A DNA stretch of 64,000 bases from Auanema rhodensis (Eukaryota; Animalia; Nematoda). Of the stretch, positions 14,446 through 27,864 are shown piece by piece. The DNA lies in NCBI GenBank assembly GCA_964057225.1, contig OZ059896.1, positions 17,174,001 through 17,238,000 of the forward strand. Direction: 5' to 3'. The notes beneath the pieces are model-generated. The model saw only the letters and a list, made by a program, of their open reading frames with translations. It was not told the DNA's origin and did no database searches. Positions within the stretch are counted from its first letter, which is position 1, and every line of letters starts with the position of its first letter. Position numbers and translations under genes: made by a program.

Positions 14446-14910
14446 ATAGTATGCAAATTGCATAATCATTATTGATTGTTTTCCTATATTATTTCTTATT
14501 TTATTAAAATGTTTCAATACTTATTCATTCAAAGAATTTTTTTTATATTATATATGGTACTGTGTTGTCTGATTCAGTTTTATGAATCTTAAAATAAATC
14601 TTATTTTTTGTTACAAAATTGTTGGAAAATTCTTTTTATTTTTCATGTTTTTCACAGAAAATCATATTTCCTTATCCCATTTTGAAAGCCATACATACAT
14701 ATGTACATATAATATGTATACTATATGAGAGGAGTTTCTAATTCATCATAACATTCAGGTTTATGTAGTCTCGAAAATCGTTCGTTGTAGCATAGCAACA
14801 GTTCAATAATAGGTTTGTTCATTACCTTCTAATCCAAAATATGATATATATCTATACATATACATATACATATATGTAAATCAGTATAGTCAAAACATCG
14901 ACTGCTGGTA

Positions 14911-15159
14911 ATGTCTTCGACTTCGACTGCTATTTCTGCTCTAACATCCACCCAAAATTCTGAAAAAGAAAAAGCTGACACACGTCCTATCTATAAAGAA
15001 AAGGCTAATAATTCTGCAAAAAAGGTAAAAATAGCCATTCATTTCATGTCTTATCGATGTTTATTTCAGAAATTCGCTGTAAAGACCACTGATAGACAGT
15101 GTCCGCCATGTAATGATCAATATGTGTGTAGAATTCCCGCGTTCGATCAGAGAAAATAA
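14911..15159 (+). CDS. Small orphan protein (67 aa spliced), C-terminal CPPC..YVC motif
   Basis: MSSTSTAISALTSTQNSEKEKADTRPIYKEKANNSAKK|KFAVKTTDRQCPPCNDQYVCRIPAFDQRK*; 45-nt intron 15025-15069 (AG|GTAAAA..TTTCAG); AATAAA near 15299. Confidence 0.55.
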   Translation: MSSTSTAISALTSTQNSEKEKADTRPIYKEKANNSAKKVKIAIHFMSYRCLFQKFAVKTTDRQCPPCNDQYVCRIPAFDQRK

Positions 15160-15847
15160 TTCTCTTTAAGAGAGAAAAAGCTTGAAAATTAAATTTATAA
15201 TGTTATATATACAAATGTATTTGTTTAAATACTTTAGTTAAAAAATATATAAAATATTATTAAGTAGTTGCTAAGTGTATTTCATCTGTTTTTCTAACAA
15301 TAAATGTTTTCTGTCCGTTTGCTGTGTTAGCTTGCAAATTTATTACCACCGGCTTTTTACTCTTTTTAATAATTTTTTTTTTTGATAAATTACATTGAAG
15401 AATTTTTTGTTGGTTTTATCAGTTAGATAGCAATATATTTTTGGCAACAGGTTTCAGCATTATTTTAAAGTTACGTGAATATTTAACGGTAAATCATTAG
15501 AAATCATGCTTTACGCTCAGAACGGTCTATCTTCTTTCATTGTCTTTTCAATAAATATCTACTTTCGACAAGCAGTTATCTATATGCTAAAAATTGGACG
15601 TCTATTTTCGCTGTCAGTTGTTAGAAATTCTTGAATGTTATGTCAGATGGGGTCACCTTTATCTCGAAAATGAAGAGAAAGTAAAAGAAAACGAAACCTC
15701 ATCTAGTTTTCTTAAATAAATTGAAATAAATGAGACCTCATTTGAAGGAGTGTACGATTGAATTTATAGATTACTATTTAAATAGATTTGTATCCATGTA
15801 TTGTCAATTATATTTATTATTTTGAACCAAATACAATATCTGCGTAT

Positions 15848-16898
15848 ATGTCGCTTAATCCTATAGTAATTCTACTTGTGATTATTCTCACATTTCTTTC
15901 ACCTCATGTCAAATCTATCCGGCACGACGGCTCTGTTCGCAAATCGTACTCTTCTCCAACCTGCCCTTTATGTGACGGTAATATAATATTTAAAAAAATA
16001 TTTTTACAAACTTTCTCTTTTCACAAAATTTTTAATGTACTTAGTTTTATTCATCTCTCCCCTTTTACGTATTTTTTTCCAGTTTTACTATCAAGGGATG
16101 GTCATACAACTATATATGATGATAATCTATTGGTATATCCCAATCAATATCTTTAGATACCGAAAAAGAACTGTTTTCTCTTTCAGATACCTTCACCAGT
16201 ATCTCACAATGATGTATTTGACGGTTCGACTGAAAAACCGCTGTTTCATCTTACCCACGAACAGGCTCCAACTTCAAACGACAAATCAGCACGTACCGGT
16301 ACTGGTTTTAGAATCTTCATGTTCTGAATTCATTTTCCTGTTTCCAGAAAATCACAAGATTGTGCCACATAAAGCTTCTAATAGCAAAATCTATAAAAAC
16401 AATGCGTATCTTGTGCAAATCAATTCAACGTCAGAAGTATTGGCAAATCCTCCAAACATAACGAGGAAGCTTCACGGCGTGAAGACTCATGAAATGGTCG
16501 AAAAACTTGCTTCTCTATCAACTCTTCTCGAACGGATTGTTCAAAAAGCTAAAGATCTGAATAAAAAACATACAGGAGGATTTCAAGTAGTTCAGCCAAA
16601 AGCTACACCAATAGTTGGTACTGAGGATAATGAATGGGCAGCTAGCTCTTCTGAATTCGACGACTATCCAATCAGTTTATCTGATGATTTTCTTCTCTCT
16701 AAACCGGAAATCGGAGAAAATGCTAAAGCTAAGGTCACAGGAAGAGATCGGATTGACAAACTGAATATACTACGAGATCGTTTCACGTTTGATAGAATTC
16801 ATCGTATATCCACTGCAAAGCGTGTCAGTCATCCAGAAAAATCGAAATATAAGTTTGAGAAATTAATCAGAAACGAAACAACACCGGAAGAGCCTTAA
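15848..16898 (+). CDS. Uncharacterised putative secreted protein (4 exons)
   Basis: Hydrophobic N-term MSLNPIVILLVIILTFLSPHVKS, then CPLCD; three GT-AG introns join in frame to the long 3' exon ENHKIVPHK...NETTPEEP*; AATAAA near 17004. Confidence 0.65.
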
Positions 16899-18738
16899 CC
16901 ATAAAGGTTACAGATAGTAAAGCATCTTTAATTATAATTCCTCTTATGCATTCTGGCTTCAAAGTTTTGAAAAGCTATGTACATATTATATATAGAAAGT
17001 TGTAATAAAGCTGTTACTTGTTTTCAATTTATTTATTTTTATTGTTATTATCAATCTTTTGTTTGAAAATATTGAAACTGTTGAAGATCGTGTGAATATT
17101 TCATAGCTTAAAGTTTAAAGTTCATTGATTCAAAAATCAAATTACAAATTTTTAGCTTGAATCTGAAATGATAATGTTTTAAAGTTAAGAATTGTAATAG
17201 CGTATCGAAATCATGAGATTTTTCTTCAAGTAAAAAGATTAAAAATATTTTATTAATTAAAATAAGTAATGAAAATAATTAATATCTGCTCTGTTCTATG
17301 TTTTCTTCTACTTCTTTTTCAAAATTTTTCAGAGGGGCTGAAGCAAGACTCATATCTTTTGAAATGCAGAAAACAAAGATAGAAAGTCTTATTCTCGTCT
17401 ATATCAACAAAAAAATAAAGAATTGTATCCAGTTATTTATCAATTGATAGCTTATTACTGATAGTAGGAGGAATATTTTATTCAATTTTCATGATACTAC
17501 CAGATATGCGTAATAATTGGAAAACTAGTCAATTATCCTCACATTTGTCGACGTCAAAATGATGCTGATGTTCTTCTTTTGGTTATTTATTCTACCAAAA
17601 TAATTATATGTACACAATGAAAATCATAATGTAGAATCTTATATATATATTTCTTATTAGAAACTTATATTTATGTAAAATATATAATTTTATATTTATC
17701 TATATACTATGTACATTGTACATATTATATAATAGTATTTGTTGTACAAATTGTTCCTTTTTCAATAATTAAGATGAAAATGTCTATTTATTTGATTTTT
17801 TAATTTTCAAATATAAATTAAATAGTTCATCAAATACTTTTTGTAATAATTTAATATTGAACATCAACCATTTTGATTTATGATGCGTTTTGAATACATA
17901 CATACGTTCGCATAATATTCACGTGCTCCACGTGAAAAACAATTTCATGATTGGCAACATGCTAATTTAACCTGTATAGCGTTTCAAACTAGTTTTATAA
18001 TTGAATGAATTGCAATTATCTATATCATATAGTTAATATGATGTTTAAGAAAAAAAAAGAAACATTTGATGTGTATAATACATTCATTATAGACTAAAAA
18101 TGTTTTTATTATAATTATCATGCATTATATGGTATAGGTGTTGTACAAATGACTTTCACTAAAATCACATATGTTTGAACCCGAAATTAAGAATAAATAA
18201 AGACAACACAGCATGTTTTCAATATTATTCTTAAATGAATAAAATTTTTGTTGTCATATGTTGTACAAAAACAAAAATTTGTAAAATGTAAAGACATATG
18301 ATGAATTTTTTTCAAAAACTATACATATATAATTAGAAATTATGTGTAAAATATACATAAGTATAAGAAAAGAAAACATATTCAGATAAATGAAAAAAAA
18401 AAAGAAAACAATCAAAAATTATTAATATTAATTCAGCATACTAAGGAGAGTATAATGGGATAATGAGCCATGATTACCATGGCAATGAAAATAGAAGTGC
18501 GATGGGAGATTCTAGCTCATACACGTGAACGTTTTTAACAAAACAAAAGGGAAAAAAAGAAGAAAAACTAAATGAGAATGATGAAAAATTTAAAAGAAGA
18601 AGCTTTTCTATTAGGAGAATGACTAGATATGGGTGAAACAAGTTCATAGGATATTGGGAAATATAACCTGGAGTATGACATTTGAAGTATATACATATAT
18701 ATTCTTTTGGCAATATTTGATTTGACTTTGTTGCCAAT

Positions 18739-21398
18739 TTAATGTGAATTCATTGATGAGATGGTACGAATAGAGTCAGTGGGAAAGATTTCCAGCAAAA
18801 CTTCTGCTCCGGAGTCAAAAGGAATCTTCTCAGAACCATCTAGTACCAAGAAACCTTTGTGACATCGTGATTTCAAGAAGATTTTACGAGCAAAGCCGCG
18901 AACAGCCGTCTTCTTGAATGTCTCATTGAATATGGGATCACGAACACAGTAAGCAAAATCTAAATCAGGAAAGTTAATGAGAAAATTCTAGAGAGAGAGA
19001 GACAAAACTTCCACTTCTATATCCAAATACTTACTTGGTGTTTGTGGATCAAATGGAATTTTTCCATTAATTCTCTTTGAAATTTCAACTGAAAGCTTCT
19101 GGCGATGTCCTGGAATATCTATTCCCATCGACTGCATGGCTTCCAAAATGGTATCTACAGTTTGATCTTGAACTCGATTCGTGGCCATGTACCTTAAAGT
19201 TAAAATTTGAAAATAACAGCAACAAATGTGTTGTAAGTATACCAGCTAGTGCTACCGGAACCGGTAGATACAATTAGTCCACTGCTCTTCTGGCGCATCA
19301 ACGGTTCATCATCAATAGCTAAGTCATATGATGACACCTGAAGCTTATGTGTCAACATGGATAAAATACACGTGAATCATACTCTAGCAGCTTCATCTTC
19401 AGCAACAAAAACCTCGTTGAGGGCTAGAAGACATTTGTTAGCCCCTTCATGCTTCCGATTCAGCAATGTAACACGAATTCTACTTCTGTGCGTCCACCTG
19501 AAGAATATCCAATTTTTCTCATATACGATTAAGAGATTAGATAATTAACTTACTGGAATTTTCCACTAACTAAACGCTCAATAAGGTCATGAGGTGGACG
19601 CTTACCATCTACACAAAAATGTCCCTCAGATCTGAAGAAAGACAACAAAACATTAAAAATGTCGATCAATCTTTCATTTCATCATACCCTCGAGGATCAG
19701 TATTTATTCCGATTATGGGAACTTGCTCATTTTTAATAGCAGCAGCTGCTGATAGGAAAGTACCATCACCTCCTGCTGACACTACTAGGTCAGCCCATGA
19801 AAGCCAGGAGGAAATTTCATGGCGAGATACAGATTTGGTATCAACACCCATTTGCCTGAAGGAATTAATATAATTTTGCATGTAATCACATTTGCAAGTG
19901 TTTTTATGATAAACATATTGAAAGAAACAGTTTGTTTTGTCGTTTTTCATAACTTATATTGAAAATGATTGAATGAGTTGGCTACAAACATCTGGTAGTT
20001 TCACTAACCCGCAAGAAAAAAAGATATACAAGCAGTCTAATATTTCTTTGTTAAACCATCAATACAGGCAAGAAAATGTCGAAAATGGATGGCGAAATAT
20101 AAAAAACCCATTCATAAAAAAAATTTTTTTTCACAAACTTATATACCGCCTGACACATGGTTTTTCGCGGTTCTTCATATGTTGAAGCCTGACATGAGAT
20201 GTAACAGGTTTGAAGTGCATTTTTTCAATCAAATGGAAGTTCATAACACTATTGAACCCAGATAGTGCATGTATAAGATATAAAGACGGAAGACTTACTT
20301 GAAACGATTGGATATCTCTTCAACGGCTTGCTTCTGTTCACGATCAGTTTTCAGCATCTTTTCCACATCCTCACCACGTCGTCTCAAATACTCCGACAGT
20401 TGTGTTGAGCTGAGTCTGGGCTTCTTTTCCTTCTCCCAATCCCATCGAGTTGTCTTACGTACAATGACCACAGTTCGAAACTGCTGAAAGTATACAATCG
20501 TAAATGGAATTCAAATTAAAGTTGTTTTTCAATCTCCGTCACGTGAATTATGAGAACTGAAAAGTGAGGTAAAAAGAGAAAAATAATTCAATCAGGATAG
20601 AAATGGCATATTGAAATGATGCTGATCTTTCGTTTCATGAACTTTTTCCCATAGCTATCAAGTATATATGTTGTGCCTGAGGAAAATAAAAAAAAAACTG
20701 AAGATAAAAACAATTTTAGCTATATTTATCAGATGAAAAAAAAGATTTGTATGTTATAAAAAGATTCTTCTTCGAGACTTTTCGATATTTGCGCGAACAA
20801 AAAAAAAGACGAAAAAAGAAGAAAAAAGACAGAATGATACTATAGGCTGTAAGATGCTGCAGGCTGATAATGGGCACTACTATCATCATGAACATAATAG
20901 TGTTCATTATCATAAGATACAATGTATGAACAGAAAAAATCTTTTTAAGAAGTGTAGTTTGAGATATGTGTGTGTGTGCTCAGGCTAGCACTTGATATCA
21001 AAATATTCCGAATAATCACAAAATATGCTGTTCATATGCCTATTTTTGAGATAAATTTAGTGATTGATGGAGCCTGTTGTACTTCAATTTTGTTCGTGAT
21101 GTATGTGTACGTATATCTGAGCGGAGAATATTTTTTTCTGGATATTGCTTCATTAAAATATAGAATACTATCTTTGTTTTGTGACATATATCAGCAAATC
21201 TTGCTGGAAACCGTTTTGTCATGGAAAGAGAACAATTGTGATATGATGGTGTTAAGATGAGAGGTTAAGAGACTGCAGAAAGATGGGAAAATCGTTGGTG
21301 GTGTGATAGACGAAGAACATTATGAAGAACATAATCAATACATAAGCACTATTTTCAAAGAGTAATAAAGAGAGAGAGAGAGATTGGGAGAGAGAGAG

Positions 21399-21449
<51 letters not shown>

Positions 21450-22244
21450 TTGTCCAATAGGCTGAGACTGTCATAGCAGTTAGTTGAAACCATCGTGGTC
21501 ATTGTTATACAGTTAGAGAGAGGAAAAGAAGAGAAAAAGAGAGAGAGAAACATGAATATAAAAAGAAATCATTAAAAAAAAACAAATGATATAGATGACA
21601 TTGCATATAGAGATCTCTACTATTGCTTTTGTAGTATCTATGCTGATTCAGTTTAAAGCCGAAACTGACAGTACTCAACCATGTCTATATATGGTTAACA
21701 ATCTTCACCAGAAGTGTTTCATTCTAACTTCAAAGTACCTTCATCATGTCATAACGAGTACAGGTGTTGAAGAATGTAAGTCATCAAATATTAGAGAAAC
21801 CAGCTAAAAATGGCGCTGATGACGTTGATATCATATTATCAAAACGTATAAATGGTGATAGATTGTAATTGAGCGATTAAGAAGTTCAATTTAAACTCAC
21901 TCATTCATTTAAGAAATAATAAGATGATAAATCAACTGAGGTTAACTGATAGTATAATTACTTTTTGGTCTCATTATATAGCTAAGCTAGAATACAATAT
22001 AACAGAGGGCATGAAAGAAAATAAAATTGAAGATGAAGGATAATTATGGCGAAAAAGAAAGAAGAAGTAAAGAAGTAACTAACTAATTATGTCATACATA
22101 GTGATTGGTATCTGGACTATTTGACATCATATTTGTATTGATGTATTCAAGAAATGAACTAACCTGAGGTACGCTAGCTGGTCCAGGTACATCTGTTTCG
22201 ACACTTGTGCCCGAATAGCAGACAGCGGCTACTGCTAAGGCCAT
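18739..22244 (-). CDS. NADK2: NAD kinase 2 family (NADK2-type ATP-NAD kinase)
   Basis: VVIVRKTTRWDWEK; SAGGDGTFL; IIGINTDPRGSEGHFC; ALNEVFV; QKSSGLIVSTGSGSTSW; C-term GFLVLDGSEKIPFDSGAEVLLEI. First exon 22145-22244 follows TTTCAG-CTC-ATG and joins in phase 0 (first exon less certain). Confidence 0.9.
21369..21444. repeat. (GA)n microsatellite
   Basis: Near-perfect GA run, perfect over about 21402-21444, in NADK2 intron 1. Confidence 0.95.
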
Positions 22245-25200
22245 GAGCTGAAAGTAATTTATGAAGAAAAATAATTATTTTGTTCCTTGTGTTGAGAAAA
22301 CTATAACATCAAGCAATATTTTGTTCGAAAAGTTAATAATTATGAAAACGAAATGAATAAACACAAGAAGGAAAAATAAAACAAAAAAAGCTTCTGCATC
22401 ACTGATAGCAACTGATTACACTGAGGGGGAGAATGACTATTTGAAAGAAAATGGGAGGAGTAAAGCAAAGAGCGCTGAGAACTTTTGAGAGGTAGAATTT
22501 TGATGCTGAACATAGTTTTTACTAGCAAATTGTGAAGACATATAGAGTAAATGAGAATATGAACCTGTGTCGAGTTAATTATCTGATATGTCACAATGAG
22601 AGAAGGTAGACAAACTTGCAAATTCAATATTTTGGAAAGAAATTACAAACTGAACACGAGACAACATAAATTGCTTCGGAAAAAATTTTTGAAAGAATTC
22701 GATGTTCACATTCCAAAGTCCTCTCGTATGCGACACAGCTTGCAAGCCACCCGTGTACCCAGCGTCTTCGCTACACTAGACAAGCCAATTTGATATGAAA
22801 TATGACATAACAGGATAGAACTACTTTCAAGATGCTAAAAAAGAAAGAGAAAAAGTCTTAGAGGGGCAATGAAAAAGGAAGAGAAGGCCAGTCCGAAAAG
22901 GGGGGGGGGGAGAGTTGTATGTATGATTGTAGTGACGAGCGTTTGAGTGGTGATGGTGATGGTAGGGCGCTGGGGTGGGTGGTGGCTGTGGTACGAAGAG
23001 TGGTGATGGTGGTAGGGGTTGGGAAAGGCGGTGTATATGAATGTGTGTGAATGTGTGATGGACACAATGATTTAACCCAAAGAATATTTATAAAAAAACA
23101 TGTATTTTCAATTATTTTGAAACAAGAATGAATTGACAACGATACAGAAGTAAATAATCAGAAATATGGAAACATTAACTAGAAATAAACTATAGTTTTG
23201 GATATTTGCCAAACGAAACCACGCCCCTCTTCCTTCTTATTCAACCCACCCACACTCTAGTCATTCTCACCCAGCCCGTCGTCCATCCCGTCGAAGTGGG
23301 CCCTATCGCTGTCGTTGTAGTCAGGGAGACAAGCAAATAGAAGACATAAATACATTCGTTCCTCCATGTACATTGGATACTTGATTTATGTGAGTACAGA
23401 GTAAAAATAAATATTAAAATTTCATTTTGAAACATTAAAACTTTGATTTTTGAGTCCAAAAAACAAATATTTTCCTTCTTATCCCTCTTGCTCTCGGTTG
23501 TTCTCTTTGTTATTTTTTGTTCCAGAAAATGTATGGTTAGGTCAGATAGATTGACATTTGATAATTTTGTAGTCAAAGAGAGAGAAAGAAAAATAGAGAG
23601 AGGCATAGAGAGAGAAATAGAGTGATACACATAACCGAAAAACATCCAGAGTTCAATTACTGTTATGTGATTAAGGTGGTTGGTCACTAAATTAACTTCC
23701 TAGTTAAATGTGCCCAACAGAAAAATGATAAAAAACAAGATATATAAGGCAAATAGTCACATAATACATATTTTTACTTAAATTCGTACATAATTGACGA
23801 ATTATAATTCTGGTATGAACAGAAAGAATGTAGAGGGGTAATAGGAATGATGATAATTTCGGGCGCAGTTGTCCAATAAATTCAAAGCAAAATCAAACAG
23901 CATGACGAATGTGAAGTGATTTCAAAGACTGATTTTCGAAACAGTTCTCTTTCTGTTTAGGACAGTCAAAAAAAGCTTTTTTTTCGTTCAAACAAGAGTT
24001 CAAACAGAGTAGGAATACAAAAGAGTAGAACCATGACAGATGCTGCCAAAAATGAAGTAGTGAGAGAAAAAGCGTTGAGACTATTTGCCTCGGAAATTGA
24101 ACTAAAAATAAGTGTGATGTTGATGTTAGTAAGAAAGGCTGAAAGCCTACAGAAGTGAAGTAGGTATTGAGATCAACAAATATCCAAAAAAGAAGCAGAT
24201 AAAAGAAATAAATTGTTTAGAATAGGGAATAAATGAGAAAATGTTGTTACGGCATCGGAAGCACTTTACTGAACATATAAGTAATATGATATGATGAAGG
24301 CTTTTGTATGATCAAATAACAAAAAAGTTTGCTCAGCTTAGAATTATATAAAGCAATAATTAATTTTTCGTTGGGACAGGATTAATAGTTGCATGAGATG
24401 TAGATCTTTGAAAAAAAATTGGTTTTGATCACAAAAACAGAAAGTAAAATAGATATTTGAAAAGAGAGATATAAAATAAAAAAAATATATATATATGCAT
24501 ATTTGGATTATAATATATAAAGGCTTAAAATCATTTAAACTATATAATTAGTATATGTAAGAAGGTTTTTTAGTATAAATGAGAGAGAAGAACGCTTTTC
24601 ATGAATTGAAGCATTGGGTTAAAGGTAGTAATGTAAAGGAAACACTTCAATACTAGATAGTCTCTTATATATTCTCTTCCTTTCATTTGATATTTCGGTT
24701 ACGAAACCGTTTCATTATCAATTTATTCTTGGTGCTCTGCTTAATGGCCTGATCTCATGATAAGATTTAGCACATAGTTTGATATTTCAGAATTTAGAAT
24801 AAATTATGTAGAAAAGAAGAAAGAGTTTTAAAGAAAAATCTATAATTTAAGGAAAAGATCATGACATTTTGATAAGGAATTGTGCAAACTTGTACAGCAT
24901 TCATCTTTCTGTTGTAGTTGAATCACCAAAATGTTAAAATGTGAGTTTCGAAAGAAGAAATCAGCAAAAGTTGCGCGAGGAGCGAACTCAAAACTGGGAA
25001 TATGAAGAAAAACTGCAACGAAAACGTAATAGAACTAAAGAAACAGAGAAACCAAACAATGAAAAATCATTCTACGAAAATGTAGGCTTAGAAGAAGTCG
25101 TCGACGTTGTCGTTGTCGACGTCGTTGTCATCATCATCAGCATCATCACATTGCTGGACTAGATCTGAAAATGGCCTAACAACTAGTTATCATCTAAAAT

Positions 25201-26198
25201 ACAGCTGCGTCTTGTATGCTTTTGTGCTCTTAACATTTATATATTTTATAAAAAAAAAAGAAAAATTACAGAGCTGAAAACACAAAAAAAATTCCGGAAA
25301 CATTTCAACATGCTTAGCGAGATGATTATGATTTTTGAAATACAATGCGTCGTCCAGAAAAAAAAATTGTAGATTGAACTCAACGAATATTGACGCACCA
25401 CTAAACTTTCCCACTTTTCTCTCTAATTTTCTCTCTCTCTTTCTTTCTCTCTCTTTCACTTTTTTTTATCATTTGATCACTAACTTTGTCTTTATATTCT
25501 ATATTTATTGGCTATTTTTAGGTGTAGGATGACTTATGGTGCATATGACAAAAGAATTTTTCAAACATTTGTTTAGTATTACGTATTAAATCAGTTGCCT
25601 TTTGTGTAATTAGCATAAACTTGCGGTCATTTCACGTCATTGCCCTCGTGGTGTTTTAGCGTAAATCGCTCACATCGAGCATTATTTTATTTTATCCTCA
25701 AATATGTGGTGGGAGAACAAGGTGTGAGCGAAAAGCGAAAGTTTGAAAGGTAGGCGTTAATGCGATAGAAGTTGGAATCACAAACTATTCGCAATGTGTA
25801 TACAACAAACTATATGTATATTATAATATATAGTCAATAGTCTTATTATATTCTCATTATCTGCTTTTAATATACATATATAATATTATTACTTAACTTA
25901 AATTTATATTGAAATAATAACAATAAAGTTTTTTTGTTTTGTTTTTATAGTATATAATAGATAATAAATTATATTATTCATTATATTATAATTAAATTAT
26001 GAATTAATTTAGTTTATTATTTATAGAAAAAAAACAGTTTTTAATTTATTTATTATAGTTAAGTGTAACCTTTATAATTTAAAGCTAATGCTTTGACGCC
26101 TTATATATACACATAGAAAAACAAAATATAAATTACAAGTGAAATAAGAATTTAAGACATATTATATATTATTAATTATAATATTAATATATACATCT

Positions 26199-26221
26199 AT
26201 ATATATATATATATATATATA
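26199..26221. repeat. (TA)n microsatellite
   Basis: Perfect TA run in extremely AT-rich intergenic DNA. Confidence 0.85.
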
Positions 26222-26627
26222 ATTAAGAGAAAATAAAGGATACAACAGCAATAATGAGATCAAATATGTATATACTGTATAGCATTAACAAATGGTATAT
26301 AGAATATGCACACGTTTTAGACATAATTTCTCATAATCTTCAATATGAATTATTATTATTATTATTTATTTATTTTAAAATTTGTTTGTTAAACAAAAAA
26401 GTTTGGAAAAAAATTTTTTGTTCAAGATTTGATAGGTATAAAGTACTATAAGATACTCACAGTATCAGTAACTAATCATAATATATCATATTATAGTTAG
26501 TTATTTTGAATTATTTGAATGAAAAACATTGTAAACAAACAAATAAACTAATAAACAAGCAGTGTAAGTGAATTGAATAAACCATTGGGGGGGGGGGGGA
26601 GCTATATATTGAATATAAGTAAAGATG

Positions 26628-27864
26628 TTAGATGGTACCGACTGCAGGTACTGGAGGTGGAACAGTTGCCGAATAGTTTGCACGATAATGAAGATACGGA
26701 TGAGATCGATCTTCCGGTTGTAGTGAACCTAATACAACAATCACACACAAAAATAAGACAAATGAAAGCCAGATAGCAAGAAGGCACAACTTCTTATGAC
26801 GATATACACAATCAGAGCAAGCTTTGCTCTTCTCATATGTTATAGCTGGAATGCTATATCGATAGATAGATATACGTTCCGAAGATAAATGACGCCATTT
26901 GACTCGCCGCACACGTTTATCACTTTTCATATGATTTTCTAATGTTTTGATTGATATTACAGTAATCTAAAAATAGTTAAAATATAATAAATTATTATTA
27001 TTATTTTTCTTTTAAACAAAATAAAATATTAATTGGCACAAATGAACAAATAAATTATCTTCATCTACTGTTCTTCACTTACCTTATTTGTTTTTGCATC
27101 TTTAATCCACATAAAATACTGATTTTCTGTGGGAGGTGAATTTTCAATGAATTTCTTTATTTGATGTAATGTTTTTTCTCCTAACGCAGATACAAATATA
27201 TCAGCTTGTGTACCAATAGGTTGTTCACAAACCTAAAATAGAAAATATCCGTCAAGACGTCTATTTATTTATATTTGAATTATAAGAATGACGTCATATC
27301 TATTCGATTATAAGTGTTTCTATCAGTTATTCGTGATTTTTGAAATAGAATTATAGAAGACAAACCGTCGATGGACCAGGTGCATCGCCATATATTGAAA
27401 ATATTGATGGTGATGAGTGTTTTCGAGCATCTTCTGCTAATTCTGAAATCATTTGTTATTAATTTTTAAATTTTATCTTAGATAATGACCATTAACACAG
27501 TGATTTCGATCCTCTTGATGTTGATGACCTTCTGTGCTTAATGAAGCATAACCAAATGTTACAAAACTTTTCGTTTCTTGATTTTCCCTGAAAAAAATAA
27601 AAATAAAACTGTCTCAATGAAACTTTCTGGAAATGTGTGAAAATGGGGGAGCTGTTGAAAAAAACAAAAGAAAAATGTAATTAGGCTGTACCAATAATGG
27701 AATACTTACCGAAAACTTTCATACGGTCGAATGGTTACTTTGCGCTCTGATAGCTGTCTAGGCACGCTGAATCGTTTTTCTTTCAAAGTTGAAGCTGGAG
27801 TTACAACCGCAGTTGTGCATGCGGGCTGTTCAACGTCTATTGGTATTGTGGCCGCCGCCGCCAT
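26628..27864 (-). CDS. Uncharacterised single-pass membrane protein (C-terminal TM), 5 coding exons; possible upstream exon at 36345-36583
   Basis: MAAAATIPIDVEQPACTTAVVTP...RKVTIRPYESFR|ENQETK...|ELAEDARKHSSPSIF..|VCEQPIG..YFMWIKDAKTNK|ITVISIKTLENHMKSDKRVRRVKWRHL...KKLCLLAIWLSFVLFLCVIVVLGSL...GTI*; all junctions GT-AG and in frame. Confidence 0.8.
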
